DNA of 64,000 nucleotides from Candidatus Hydrogenedentota bacterium (GCA_045863295.1 BTWA01000004.1:96001-160000); one strand, 5' to 3'; shown: positions 38,979 through 49,694, counted from the first letter of the stretch. A program made the numbers and translations. Notes: generated by a model from the letters alone, not told the origin.

Positions 38979-38990
38979 CTTCTTTCGCTG

Positions 38991-40562
38991 TCACCACGCA
39001 TACACCGTCACATCCTCCGTCGACGCCTCGTCCACCTTTGTCATATTCTCCTCCACCCATCGCACATCGTCCTGGAAAAACGGCCATTGGTGAAAGCGGC
39101 GGTAGTCGGCGAGAAAGTAACCCTTGGGATGTTCATTCATAAACGCTTTCAAGTCGTCGATGGTTTTTAGCCCTTCCATGCCGGAGTCGAGGATTTCCCA
39201 GACCATGACGCGGCTCGGAAACCAATTGTCGACGCGGCCCGTGTAGTAGTGGACGGGAAGATACGCGGTGGCGATGACCGCGGCGCCGTCCATGCGTTCC
39301 TTCACCCACAAACTGGGTTCGCGCCATTGGGGGTGTTGTTTGGCGAGGGTGGTGTGGGATCCGGAAGCGGTGGCGAACGTGGCGGTCGCAAGTTTGCCCG
39401 TGGACACGGCCAGACGCGCGCCAAACAGGGCGATGACAGCGGCGGCGGCAACGCGCCAGGCGCGGTGCAGCGGCGGAACCGCGGCGGGGCGGGCGACCGC
39501 GCGCGCCGTGTCCGCCACGAAGCGGGCAAGTTGGACGAGGCCATGGGCGCACGCGCCGACGTAGAGCGGATAGCAGTAGAACATGAACCGGTGCTGTTTA
39601 TAGCCCAGGAGAAGCGTCAGCGCGGCGACGGGCAACACGAAATGCACCATCCAATACAGTCCTCGCTTTTTTTCGCACGCGCACATCCACACAAAGCCGG
39701 CGGCGGCGGCGATCAGGTATCCCAGGCTCAGATTGTTCGAGAGAAAACGCGGGTAATAGAACAAGTCGGATCGGTCGCGGTCGATCATCTGCGAAGCGGT
39801 TTGTCCGCCAATGCCGCCTTCCTTGAAAACTACGTCCTTTTCGGCCTGCGGCAGCGCCGCCACGTACACAACAAGCGTAATCGCCACGGCCACGGCCGCA
39901 ACAAGGGCTGCAACGCCGTAACGTGACCTGAGAGAACGCGTGAACAATGCCATGACCGCGGCATACGCGCCGACGGGGCCGAGGAAGAGGATGGTCTGAA
40001 TGGTGGTCAGGCCGCCGAACAGGTAGGCCGCGCCGGTGGCCGCGCCCCAGCGAACGGCCTGCGTCCGATCGGTTGCCTCGACGGTCTTCCACGCGGCGGC
40101 AAAGAACAGCAGAAACAAGGTCTGGTGGAGCATATAGAAATTGGTTTCGCGTGCCCAGGCCGTTTGCCACGGCGAGACGCAAAGCAATACGACCGCGATT
40201 ACGGCGGTGGGCCGGCCCAGGAATTGGCGCGCAATAAAATACAACAACCCCAAATTAACGGCGGCCATCAGGACGGAAGGCGCCCGAATCACGGCCTCAC
40301 TTCGGCCGAAAAGCGCCACCACGGGAGCCAACAGATAGTGATAAGGCAGCCCGGCGGTGTACAAGTAGCCGCTGGGAAGATACGGCAGGCCGGTGGTAAG
40401 GATGCTTTCGGTAGCATAAAGATGAATCGCTTCGTCGTGCCAGATGCTGGGCGCACCCAGGTTGGCGAAGCCAAGAGCGAGCGACACGAGAATCGCGGCT
40501 GAAAGAAAGCCGAATTCCCATCTCGCAACCGGGGACAAAGTTGCGGCCGGTGCGATTGTCAC
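38991..40562 (-). CDS. GT39/ArnT-PMT-like integral membrane glycosyltransferase
   Basis: SIWHDEA, SEAVIRAPS and ARETNFY motifs; many TMs; GTGA overlap. Confidence 0.85.
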   Translation of the reverse strand: MTIAPAATLSPVARWEFGFLSAAILVSLALGFANLGAPSIWHDEAIHLYATESILTTGLPYLPSGYLYTAGLPYHYLLAPVVALFGRSEAVIRAPSVLMAAVNLGLLYFIARQFLGRPTAVIAVVLLCVSPWQTAWARETNFYMLHQTLFLLFFAAAWKTVEATDRTQAVRWGAATGAAYLFGGLTTIQTILFLGPVGAYAAVMALFTRSLRSRYGVAALVAAVAVAITLVVYVAALPQAEKDVVFKEGGIGGQTASQMIDRDRSDLFYYPRFLSNNLSLGYLIAAAAGFVWMCACEKKRGLYWMVHFVLPVAALTLLLGYKQHRFMFYCYPLYVGACAHGLVQLARFVADTARAVARPAAVPPLHRAWRVAAAAVIALFGARLAVSTGKLATATFATASGSHTTLAKQHPQWREPSLWVKERMDGAAVIATAYLPVHYYTGRVDNWFPSRVMVWEILDSGMEGLKTIDDLKAFMNEHPKGYFLADYRRFHQWPFFQDDVRWVEENMTKVDEASTEDVTVYAW

Positions 40563-41371
40563 GGCGCTTTTTCGATTTCCATGGACACCATGCTCCCTTT
40601 CATGAACGGCAGAACAATGTCCTCCACTTTGCACGCGGCAAGCCACGGAAGCAAGGCTATCTCGCGCAACAGGAAGAATAGCGGGCCGGACGGCATCCGC
40701 GCCGTGCCCGTGTTGCGAGGGTCTTCCACGGGATTGGCCTGCACGCCCAACGACCGGGCCATGAGATACTGCAGGTCGCACCCGTTGCTTTCAAAAAAGC
40801 GGCCCTGGTAAGTGGCGCGCGCCACACGCATGGACGAAGGAAGCATGGCGACGATGTCCCGCTCACTGTAACCGGTAACCTTGTGATCGTGCGGATCGAG
40901 TTCGAACCCCAGTCTGGGTAACAGGCGCATGCCGTGATACGGGGTGGGACACGCGATGCGGGCCATCCCGCCGGGTTTCAATACGCGATCAATTTCGCGC
41001 AACAGCATCGCTGGCTCGTCGAGATGTTCGATCACGTGCGACGCGAAGACGACGTCAAACGAGGCATCCCGAAACGGCAGCGCGAGACCATCCGCCATCA
41101 GCGTCTCTACGGTTGCGGCGTGTCCCATTTGGCGCGCCGTTTTTTGTGTGAGCCGCAGGCTGTGCGGAGACAAATCTGCCGCGATCGCGCGGTAGCCGCA
41201 TTCCGCGGCGAGGAGGCTATTCGATCCGGGACCGCACCCGATGTCGAGCAGGGAGACTGCGCCATGCGCGTTCCTGCGCCGCAGGAATTCGCGAACGGGC
41301 CCCACGCCCATGCGCGCGCCGAGATGCCAATACGGCGGGTAGTGCGTGGGGAATCGATAAGCCGTGAACAT
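40559..41371 (-). CDS. Class I SAM-dependent methyltransferase
   Basis: LLDIGCGPG, LPFRDASFD, HVIEH and RVLKPGG motifs. Confidence 0.9.
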   Translation of the reverse strand: MFTAYRFPTHYPPYWHLGARMGVGPVREFLRRRNAHGAVSLLDIGCGPGSNSLLAAECGYRAIAADLSPHSLRLTQKTARQMGHAATVETLMADGLALPFRDASFDVVFASHVIEHLDEPAMLLREIDRVLKPGGMARIACPTPYHGMRLLPRLGFELDPHDHKVTGYSERDIVAMLPSSMRVARATYQGRFFESNGCDLQYLMARSLGVQANPVEDPRNTGTARMPSGPLFFLLREIALLPWLAACKVEDIVLPFMKGSMVSMEIEKAP

Positions 41372-41523
41372 GGGCGAATTGTACACATTGGAGTGCAGCG
41401 GCCGCGACGCGGCCTCGCCTGTTGTTATGGCCATGCAGCCATAATCCTGTCGCGACGCTGGGCTCGGCACCCTGAATCCGTCGCCTCTGGATTCGTTGAA
41501 GTACTCTTCCCATCTTCTCGCGT

Positions 41524-42774
41524 TCAGGTCAACGCGGGCTCTTTGGCTTCGCCATACTTCGCATCGACATAGTCATCGATGATCTCGCGAAACTGGTTTG
41601 CCAATTCGTCGGGCGATCCGGTCAGTGTCTTGTATTTCTGTCCATCCACATACACTGGACAACTCGGAGCCTCGCCGGTACCAGGCAGACTGATGCCAAT
41701 GTTCGCGGCCTTGGATTCGCCCGGGCCGTTGACCACGCACCCCATCACGGCGAGCTTCAAATCCTCAAAACCTTTGTACTGCTTGCGCCATACCGGCATC
41801 TTCTCGCGCACGTAGGTTTGCACCTGCTCCGCCAATTCCTGGAACGTGGTGCTGGTCGTGCGGCCGCACCCCGGACACGCCGTGATGCTGGGCGCGAACG
41901 ATCGAAGGCCGAGGGATTGCAAAATCTCGCAGGCGGCGTACACTTCTTCGCAGCGGTCGCCACCGGGCCGAGGGGTAAGCGACACGCGAATGGTGTCGCC
42001 AATGCCTTCGGCCAGCAGCACGCCGAGAGCCGCGGAACTCCACGCCACGCCCTTGATGCCCATGCCGGCTTCGGTGAGGCCGAGATGCAACGGCTGCTCG
42101 GTTTGTTTCGCCAATTCGCGGTAGACCTCAATCAACTGCAACGGCGTCGAAGTCTTGCACGAGATGATTATCTGATCTTTGCGCAGACCGCACTCAAGTG
42201 CCAGTTCGGTCGACTGCACGGCCGAAAGCACCATGCACTCGCTGAGAATCTGCTCGGACGTCTTGTTCAAATCCCGGTCGGTATTCTCCTGCATCTTCTG
42301 CATGACCAGTTCCTGGTTCAACGAACCCAGGTTCACGCCAATTCGAACAGGCTTTCCATGATCCTTTGCCACTTGGCAGATGGTGGAAAACTGAATGTCG
42401 CGCTTGGAACCGCGGCCGACATTGCCCGGATTGATCCGGTACTTATCCAGCGCGTCCGCGCAATCCGGGTATTCCGTGAGCAGCTTGTGCCCGTTGAAAT
42501 GGAAATCGCCGATGATGGGCGCGGTACAGCCGGCATCGCGTACGCGTTCGCGTATCTCGGCTACGGCCGCCGCCGCCTCCCGGGTATTGACTGTGATGCG
42601 AACCAATTCCGATCCGGCTTCCGCGAGATCGATGATCTGTTTCGCAGTGGAGACCGGCTCGGCCGTGTCCGTGTTGGTCATGGATTGGACAACGACCGGC
42701 GCGCCGCCGCCGACCTGAATAGACCCCACCAGAACGCCAACCGTGGAACGGCGGGGGTGCAATGGATTAAACAT
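41524..42774 (-). CDS. ispG: HMBPP synthase (MEP pathway)
   Basis: [27 protein letters not shown] and [10 protein letters not shown] motifs. Confidence 0.97.
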   Translation of the reverse strand: MFNPLHPRRSTVGVLVGSIQVGGGAPVVVQSMTNTDTAEPVSTAKQIIDLAEAGSELVRITVNTREAAAAVAEIRERVRDAGCTAPIIGDFHFNGHKLLTEYPDCADALDKYRINPGNVGRGSKRDIQFSTICQVAKDHGKPVRIGVNLGSLNQELVMQKMQENTDRDLNKTSEQILSECMVLSAVQSTELALECGLRKDQIIISCKTSTPLQLIEVYRELAKQTEQPLHLGLTEAGMGIKGVAWSSAALGVLLAEGIGDTIRVSLTPRPGGDRCEEVYAACEILQSLGLRSFAPSITACPGCGRTTSTTFQELAEQVQTYVREKMPVWRKQYKGFEDLKLAVMGCVVNGPGESKAANIGISLPGTGEAPSCPVYVDGQKYKTLTGSPDELANQFREIIDDYVDAKYGEAKEPALT

Positions 42775-43100
42775 GGAGGCTCCTTGGTCCACAATGCCTG
42801 AATTAGGCCTGAGAAAAAGCGGCCTGACTATATCATAAACACAAGACCCCAATCAGGTTGTTTCCCAGGAGAGAAACCCAAATCACCGCCCCTCCCGCGG
42901 GCGCCCCACGGGGCGATGGGGCCGGACATAACGTGTTGGGCCTCACCGCCTTGACCCGTCCAGTGCGGAAGTGCAAGACTGAACGCTTCGAGAGGCGTCG
43001 GAATAGCGATTGCACACCCATTGTTAACAATCGTGCCGCCCGCCGTTATAGTAGCGCAGGCATTGACTCTCGCGCATTCGGGGCCAACCAGGAGCCGGTC

Positions 43101-44297
43101 ATGAAATCAGCGGAAATCCTCACGCAGGGCAGCATCACGACCCTGTACCGCTATGCGACCCGGCTCTACGCGGAGTTGCCCTATCGCTATTCGAAAAGCG
43201 GACGCGCCTTGCCAACGTGGCACTACTTCATCGAACTCACCCGCCGCTGCAATCTCCGGTGCAAGATGTGCCAATACATCGACTGGCTGGAACAAACTCC
43301 GACCCGCGTACAGGCCGACGGTGAACTGACCACGGAACAATGGCTGAACGTGATCGACCAGACCGGACGTATGAGCCTGATTACGTTTACCGGCGGCGAA
43401 GTGTTCGTTCGCAAGGATTTCATGGATATATTCGAATATGCGTGCGCGAGACGCCGCGTGCATTTCATCTCCAATGCGACAATGCTCACCGAACCGCGCG
43501 CGAAACGATGCGCGGAACTCGCGCCGAAACGCATGGGTATGCGGGGATTCAATTTCGCCGGCATTTCCATCGACGGCACCCGCGACATCCACGATGTCAT
43601 CCGCGCCCAGCGCGGCTCGTTCGATAAATCCACCCAGGGCGTGCGGATGCTCGCCGATTACCGGAAAAGCATGGGCAAGACGTTGCCGTACATCCATATC
43701 AACACGGTGATTCAAGAGGAAAGTATCGACTGTCTGCCCGAAATGCCCGCGTTGTGCAAGGAAATGGGCGCAAACGTGCTGAATCTGCTGACGGAATCGC
43801 GCGCTCATGACCTGCCCACACTCGGCCATGTAGATCCAGGAACGTTCACGCGCTCGGACTTGAAACACAAGCACATTGACCGCGCCAAGCTCGATTACTC
43901 GTTGAAACGGACACTGCTCGAAGCGCAAAAAGTCGGCATTGAGGTCCGGTTTCCCCGCATGCCGTACGAACAGGTGCTGAATCACTACGATCAGGGCTAC
44001 GAAATGAAAGATTTCGAGTGCCGCTCCATATGGGTAAACCTGTTCATCGGCTCCAAAGGCGGAGTCTACCCGTGTTTTATCCGCAAGGTAGGCAACGTCA
44101 AAGACACACCCTTGAAAGAATTGCGAAACAACGAAATCATGCGCGACTTCCGCCTGCGCAGGAAGGAAGGCGGCTTCGCCGTGTGCCGAGGATGTTGCGA
44201 ATTGGAATACAAGGGACAGTGGCGCGATCAGATTGACCTGTCAAATATCGTTAAACCTGCCGATCCCGCCGAGGAGGCGTCCCTCGTCGCAAAATGA
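43101..44297 (+). CDS. Radical SAM protein with C-terminal SPASM/twitch domain
   Basis: CNLRCKMC, FTGGE, and C..GGVYPC..CRGCC. Confidence 0.9.
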   Translation: MKSAEILTQGSITTLYRYATRLYAELPYRYSKSGRALPTWHYFIELTRRCNLRCKMCQYIDWLEQTPTRVQADGELTTEQWLNVIDQTGRMSLITFTGGEVFVRKDFMDIFEYACARRRVHFISNATMLTEPRAKRCAELAPKRMGMRGFNFAGISIDGTRDIHDVIRAQRGSFDKSTQGVRMLADYRKSMGKTLPYIHINTVIQEESIDCLPEMPALCKEMGANVLNLLTESRAHDLPTLGHVDPGTFTRSDLKHKHIDRAKLDYSLKRTLLEAQKVGIEVRFPRMPYEQVLNHYDQGYEMKDFECRSIWVNLFIGSKGGVYPCFIRKVGNVKDTPLKELRNNEIMRDFRLRRKEGGFAVCRGCCELEYKGQWRDQIDLSNIVKPADPAEEASLVAK

Positions 44298-44393
44298 CGA
44301 GGCCCGCCAATTGCACCCCCGCCATTGTGAGTGATACGATCCCCTCAATCACCGTTTGAAAAAGTGTCTTCTTTGCTGTGGAGCCGGCGTTTC

Positions 44394-44909
44394 ATGCCCT
44401 TGTTGAACATCGTCCTGTACCCCGATGACCCCCTGACCCGTGTCGCAGATCCCGTCGGAACGGTGACCCCCGAATATGTCCGCCTGGCCATGGACATGAT
44501 CGAAACCATGCACGCCTATGACGGGTGCGGTCTGGCCGGTCCGCAAGTGGGGCTGGCACAGCGGATATTCGTCATGCACGCTCCGGACCAGGATCCCCGA
44601 TGCCTCATTAACCCCGAAATCCTGGAAGCAGAAGGTAGCGAAATCGGGGAAGAAGGCTGCCTGAGCATCCCGGAAGTCTACGCCGATGTGCCCCGGGCCA
44701 CCCGCATCCGGGTCAAGGCACTGGATGAACTCGGGCATCCGGTGGAATTCGAGGCCAATGACTTCGAAGCGCGTATCATCCAACATGAAATGGACCACCT
44801 GAACGGGATCCTCATCGTGGATCGGGTGGACATCTTGACCCGCCAGTCCATGCTTCAGGAGTGGGAACCCATCCGATCCCGGTTGTTGATGACCCCCAAA
44901 AAGCGGTAG
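44394..44909 (+). CDS. def: Peptide deformylase
   Basis: GCGLAGPQ, EGCLS and QHEMDHLNG motifs. Confidence 0.95.
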   Translation: MPLLNIVLYPDDPLTRVADPVGTVTPEYVRLAMDMIETMHAYDGCGLAGPQVGLAQRIFVMHAPDQDPRCLINPEILEAEGSEIGEEGCLSIPEVYADVPRATRIRVKALDELGHPVEFEANDFEARIIQHEMDHLNGILIVDRVDILTRQSMLQEWEPIRSRLLMTPKKR

Positions 44910-44980
44910 ACCGCGAAAACCACCCCATTTTGACCAGGTCGTGAATACCGCACCTCGACCATCCTCCCATTCAATTCACA

Positions 44981-45087
44981 TATCGATATGTTGTGTCCTT
45001 CAGAAGCAGTATAGAATCATTATTCAACGACACCACCTTATATGGTATTGATTTTTGAACTTGAATACGATATATTGATGGTATATT
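44981..45087 (+). promoter_or_regulatory. AT-rich promoter with three NrdR-box-like sites
   Basis: tatCgAtATgTtGtgt (44981), ccaCcttATaTgGtat (45033), ataCgAtATaTtGatg (45065); extended -10 TGnTATATT at 45079-45087. Confidence 0.6.
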
Positions 45088-45157
45088 TGTAGTTGGCTCT
45101 AACCCGCCTATGTATGGTTCACCAGACGCAAGGATGCGAGATAGGAGAACCGGCTCA

Positions 45158-45466
45158 ATGAAAAGTAGCGCGCCAGGGATGGATTTTCAGCAAATCAAAC
45201 GACAGTGGGAGTCACGAGGATTCTCCTGCGCCCTCTGGACCGACCCTCCTGGACAAGTCTGGAAAGATTTCATTCACGAAACGGATGAGTTGGTCTTGCT
45301 GGTCGAAGGACAAATCGAAGTCGAGATGAACGGGGAAGCCCACCGGCCAGCGGTCGGAGAGGAAGTCTACATACCGGCAGGCACCCTTCACACCGTACGC
45401 AATGCCGGCCCCACCGTGTCCCACTGGTACTACGGCTACGCGCTCGAATACGCCCACACCGATTGA
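45158..45466 (+). CDS. Small cupin-domain protein
   Basis: H..DE.V.L.EG and IPAG..H.V.N motifs; RBS AGGAGA. Confidence 0.85.
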   Translation: MKSSAPGMDFQQIKRQWESRGFSCALWTDPPGQVWKDFIHETDELVLLVEGQIEVEMNGEAHRPAVGEEVYIPAGTLHTVRNAGPTVSHWYYGYALEYAHTD

Positions 45467-45469
45467 CGC

Positions 45470-46132
45470 TCAGGCAAGACTCTCCACGAAGCGCTGAAAA
45501 CCGTCGGGATCGCGCCAAGGGCGACCGTGCCCGAAGCAAACGATCTTGGGATGGAGTCCGGCGAGTCTGCGGGCGCTCTTCCGGTTCTTCGCCGGGTCGA
45601 CCGTAAACAGCCGCGGCGGCTCGTGCAGCCCGGGCACGGTGGTAATGAGATTCATCCCGTTAATCACGTCGCCGAGAATGAGTACGCGGTCCGGCTCGCG
45701 CCAATAAGCCACCTGCCCAGGGGAATGGCCGGGCGCATCGATTACTTCAAATCCCGCCACATCATCCCCTTCCTTCAACCGGCGTGCAACCGGATGCGCG
45801 GGGCCGGTCCAAAACACGTTTTGAAGGGCCGTATTCCAATTCACAGGCAGTACGCCAGACAAATCCCCTGATTCCATCGCGTCCGCATCACCCTCGCCGC
45901 ACCAGAGCGGAATACCCAAGGCCTCGCAAACGGCATGGCTCGACCCCTGATGATCCGGATGCGCATGCGTAAGCGCATGAGCGGTGACAGAACGGCCGGC
46001 CAACTGGCGCATGATGCGCTTGTGCGCCAATTTTGTCCCCGCATCCAGCAACACGTCGCCAACCAAGTAAACGTTTATAGCAAACTTGGGAAAACCTGTG
46101 AGCAGGTAAAGATGGGGAGCAATGGCTTCCAT
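45470..46132 (-). CDS. MBL-fold metallo-hydrolase
   Basis: THAHPDHQG, PGHSPG, GD and FGHG motifs. Confidence 0.9.
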   Translation of the reverse strand: MEAIAPHLYLLTGFPKFAINVYLVGDVLLDAGTKLAHKRIMRQLAGRSVTAHALTHAHPDHQGSSHAVCEALGIPLWCGEGDADAMESGDLSGVLPVNWNTALQNVFWTGPAHPVARRLKEGDDVAGFEVIDAPGHSPGQVAYWREPDRVLILGDVINGMNLITTVPGLHEPPRLFTVDPAKNRKSARRLAGLHPKIVCFGHGRPWRDPDGFQRFVESLA

Positions 46133-46401
46133 GCCCATGGTGTACCACAGAAACCGGCGCTGGACAAACTCGGGTAACCCAAGGTAATCCCGGCCAACCG
46201 GACACCTGTTCTTTCTGCCTCTTTTTCCGTCGTGCACCCGTGAAAAAGCAAAACATCGCCTCCAGCCCCGAAGCAAACCCGCTCCGTGCACGGATCCGCC
46301 AGCCCGCAAACGGCAACGGAATGTGGCTCAAGTGCCAAACCTACTCCGCAACGTGCTATCCTCTCCTTTCTCATTCATTCGACAAGGAAGGAACGTGATT
46401 C

Positions 46402-47460
46402 ATGCGCAAACAGTCGTTGGACTTCTTGAAAAACCTGTTATCCACACCCAGCCCGTCTGGATTCGAAGAAGCGATTCAAGAAACGTGCAAGAAGTACGCG
46501 AAACCCTACGCCGACAAAATCTACAAAGACGTGCACGGCAACCAATATCACGTGAAAAATCCAAACGCCAAGCTGCGGGTCATGCTGGCCGGCCACGTAG
46601 ACGAAATCGGCCTGATGATCAATCACATGGACGACCGCGGCTTTCTGGGGTTTGTCGCAATCGGCGGCATCGACGCCTCGGTGCTGGACGGGCAACGCGT
46701 CGTCGTGCATACGCAGAGCGGGCCGATTCCTGGGGTCATTGGACGGCGCGCCATTCACCTGACGGACCCGGAGGACCGAGGCAAGCCGATGAAATTGCAC
46801 CAGATGTGGATTGACATCGGCGCCAAGGACAAAAAAGATGCGGAGAGCGTGGTGGCGCTGGGCGATCCGGCAACCATCGACATCGGATTTCAGGAACTCC
46901 GCAACGGACGGGCCGTGGCGCGCGCAGTGGACGACCGGATCGGCGCGTTTGTGGTGTTGGAAACGCTTCGCCTATTGGAGAAACGAAAAATTCAATGTGC
47001 CGTCTACTCGGTGACAACCGTGCAGGAAGAGATTGGCCTGCGCGGCGCGACTACGGCGGCCTACTCTGTGGAACCGCACGTGGGAATCGCCGTCGACGTG
47101 AATCACGCGACAGACCACCCGGATGTGGACACGAAACGGTATGGCGCCACCAAACTGGACGGCGGACCAATCCTCGCGCGCGGGCCGAACATCAACCCCG
47201 TCGTAATAAAACAATTGTTCGACGTGGCGAAAAAGAAAAAGATTCCATACCAAGTCGATGCGGAGCCGCGTGGCACAGGCACGGACGCAAACGCCATGCA
47301 ATTGTCGCGCGGAGGAGTAGCCACAGCGCTGGTCGGTATTCCAAATCGCTACATGCACTCCCCAGTGGAAATGATTTCGCTCAAAGACGCCGAGCAGTGC
47401 GCGGAACTGCTGGCGGAATGGATTGCCACCTTAAAACCGGGAATGAGCTTCATTCCCTGA
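46402..47460 (+). CDS. M42 family metallo-aminopeptidase
   Basis: GHVDEIG, DDRIG, VQEEIGLRG, GTDA and RYMHSP motifs. Confidence 0.93.
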   Translation: MRKQSLDFLKNLLSTPSPSGFEEAIQETCKKYAKPYADKIYKDVHGNQYHVKNPNAKLRVMLAGHVDEIGLMINHMDDRGFLGFVAIGGIDASVLDGQRVVVHTQSGPIPGVIGRRAIHLTDPEDRGKPMKLHQMWIDIGAKDKKDAESVVALGDPATIDIGFQELRNGRAVARAVDDRIGAFVVLETLRLLEKRKIQCAVYSVTTVQEEIGLRGATTAAYSVEPHVGIAVDVNHATDHPDVDTKRYGATKLDGGPILARGPNINPVVIKQLFDVAKKKKIPYQVDAEPRGTGTDANAMQLSRGGVATALVGIPNRYMHSPVEMISLKDAEQCAELLAEWIATLKPGMSFIP

Positions 47461-47461
47461 A

Positions 47462-47596
47462 GTAGAAGCGGCATCCTGTCGCTTTATCGTGTCTCAACGC
47501 AGAAGGCGGCGGATTCGTTGAAGATCAATGGTGTGTGAAAAGATGCGAAGGCCAACAGTGGTTCTTCGATCCGTGTATGCGGCGAAACGCCGCTAC
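47462..47596. repeat. GTAG-type REP pair
   Basis: GTAGAAGCGGCATCCTGTCGCTT (47462-47484; same family as 36001/36132) and inverted GTAGCGGCGTTTCGCCGC (47579-47596). Confidence 0.65.
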
Positions 47597-47620
47597 GGCT
47601 ATCCGGGGAGTTTGGCAATC

Positions 47621-48955
47621 ATGAGAGCGATGTGGACAGGCTTTTTCCTATTGGCGATCCCGGCCTTCGCAACAGGGGTTCCCGCGGACAACTATCCGTC
47701 GTTGCAGGAAGCCATCGATGCAAATCCCGGCAAGATGGTGGAACTGGGACCCAATGACTACGTAATCGGCGCCGCACTGCGCATTACGTCGAGCGGCGGC
47801 GGGCTGTGCGGATACGGCCGCATCGTCATGACCAATCCCGAGGAATCCATTATCCACGTAAGACAGACGCGGGACGTGCGCATCGAGGACATTGCCCTTA
47901 CGCGATCGGAAGGCGCCATGGACGCGTTGAGGCACGGCATACACGTCGAAAAGTGCGCCAACGTACAGATTGACGGCGTGCAAGTTATCGACAACCGCAG
48001 TCAGGCGGGCACGATCTTCTTTGAGGAGTGCACGGACAGCCGGGTTGTGAATTCGACAGTACTCAATTACAAACGGATCTGCGTGGATGATCGAACCGCG
48101 AGCCCGTTGTACGGATATGCATTTAAGGTTATTGATGGCACCGGCATCATGGTGGTGCGCAGCCAGGGCATGCAGGTTGTCAATAACCGCGTGCTGGAAC
48201 GAAACATCTATCCGACCGAGGAGACCAAGAAGACCTTTCAATTGGGTAACTTCACCGAAGGAGCGAATCCCACCCAGAAAGGGCAACTCGCCCCGCCCGG
48301 GGAGTACGCAAACAACTGGCATCAAGGTTCGGCCATCACGGTGTCCGCGCCGCTGGAAACACGCCATGTGCTTATCAGCGGAAATTACATTGAAAACGCC
48401 GCCCAGGGCATTGACATGCACGGTGATCACATGACGTGCAGCAACAACATCATCGATCACGCATTCATCGGAATTAAATGCATGCACGGCTCGAAGAATG
48501 TGATCATAACCGGCAACAACGTTTCCCACATGGACCTCTGGGGACTGATCATGATGCCCGGCACTCTGTCTCACCCCGCGCAACCGGCATCGGGCGATCA
48601 ACCCGCCAAGCCCGCCAATTTCACCAGCGGCAATATTATCTCCAATAATATCTTTGCCGATTTCGGCTTCGGCTATGAATATTTCAATTGGAAAGGAAGT
48701 AAAGGCGGCGTAATCAGCCTCGAGTCAGGACAGCTAGCGGAAAACCCGGTGATGTTCGACGTGTTGATTCAAGGCAATGTGGTCTACGACACCGGCCGGG
48801 ACGAAGTGCTGGAGAACGGCGTACCGGTTAAAGCCGATCCCCGCTACGAGTACGCGGTATTCATGTCTCCCGAACCGCGCCCTAAGGGGTTGGTGTTCCG
48901 CGACAATGTGTTCCATCCGGGCCGCGGTGGCATTTCAAATCTGCCGTTGGAATAA
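47621..48955 (+). CDS. Secreted right-handed parallel beta-helix protein (pectin-lyase/NosD-like fold)
   Basis: Signal peptide ending AFA; SLQEAIDA cap; repeated I.GN.I Asn ladders. Confidence 0.85.
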   Translation: MRAMWTGFFLLAIPAFATGVPADNYPSLQEAIDANPGKMVELGPNDYVIGAALRITSSGGGLCGYGRIVMTNPEESIIHVRQTRDVRIEDIALTRSEGAMDALRHGIHVEKCANVQIDGVQVIDNRSQAGTIFFEECTDSRVVNSTVLNYKRICVDDRTASPLYGYAFKVIDGTGIMVVRSQGMQVVNNRVLERNIYPTEETKKTFQLGNFTEGANPTQKGQLAPPGEYANNWHQGSAITVSAPLETRHVLISGNYIENAAQGIDMHGDHMTCSNNIIDHAFIGIKCMHGSKNVIITGNNVSHMDLWGLIMMPGTLSHPAQPASGDQPAKPANFTSGNIISNNIFADFGFGYEYFNWKGSKGGVISLESGQLAENPVMFDVLIQGNVVYDTGRDEVLENGVPVKADPRYEYAVFMSPEPRPKGLVFRDNVFHPGRGGISNLPLE

Positions 48956-49263
48956 GTCCACGCTGCCTTCGCATGCGCCGGCCGCGCGGCATCCTCAAGT
49001 ATCGTCTGCGCGATTACATTTTTGTACCTCGAAGGGCACAGCGCTACCTCCCTGGGAGTAGCTGTAGCGTGTGAACACTGCGAAATGACCACCCTAATCC
49101 TCGCAATGTTCTCCATGAATTACCGTCCTGTAAACAGCGCCAACCAATCCGACAATAATGTCGCTGTTTTCGCGGCACACACGTTAACCCTCAAGCACGG
49201 CGAATCGCTTCAACTCATCTATTCAAAATGAGTTATAGCAAAACACCGCCAAACAAGACAGAC

Positions 49264-49280
49264 TTGGCACACCAGTTGCT
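49264..49280 (+). promoter_or_regulatory. sigma54 (-24/-12) promoter
   Basis: TTGGCAC-ACCAG-TTGCT; upstream palindrome CGACAATAATGTCG at 49151-49164. Confidence 0.78.
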
Positions 49281-49291
49281 CTAACAGAAAC

Positions 49292-49694
49292 GTCGATGCG
49301 GCAGCCCCCAGAAGGGGCGGCAGACAAAGAAAGAATTGAATCATGGAAGGGTTGAACGGACAAACCGGATACCCCGCACCCGTGGAAACGGGTGCCGTTT
49401 CCGAAGCCAATCCGCTGATGGCGCGCCTGATGGACGCCTCGCGATCATTTGGGTTCGGAAACTATGAGTGGCCCTCTCTCCCCTGTACATTCGTGCAGGG
49501 TGCTGTTGCTGACTCCGCCACCTAAGACTCCGGCCGCGCAGCGCTACACTGGCTCCCTCGACCGAATGCTAAGCCCGGAGTATTCGGAAGCGCTGCGCGG
49601 CCCTTCCCCCCTACACCAAACGGGGCCTTAAGAAAGCCCCGGTTCGATTTTGCATACATGCTGGGGAGCGCTCCAGAGTATCGGGGCGCTCCCC
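49292..49694 (+). other. Candidate sigma54-driven sRNA or 60-aa small ORF (49343..49525) with structured 3' end
   Basis: Follows the sigma54 promoter; clustered GGA motifs; hairpins at 49532-49602, 49621-49641 and 49663-49694. Confidence 0.45.

Noticed and set aside
49040..49065. GGGAGTAGC hairpin resembling yybP-ykoY
   Set aside because: A simple local palindrome with no other riboswitch features
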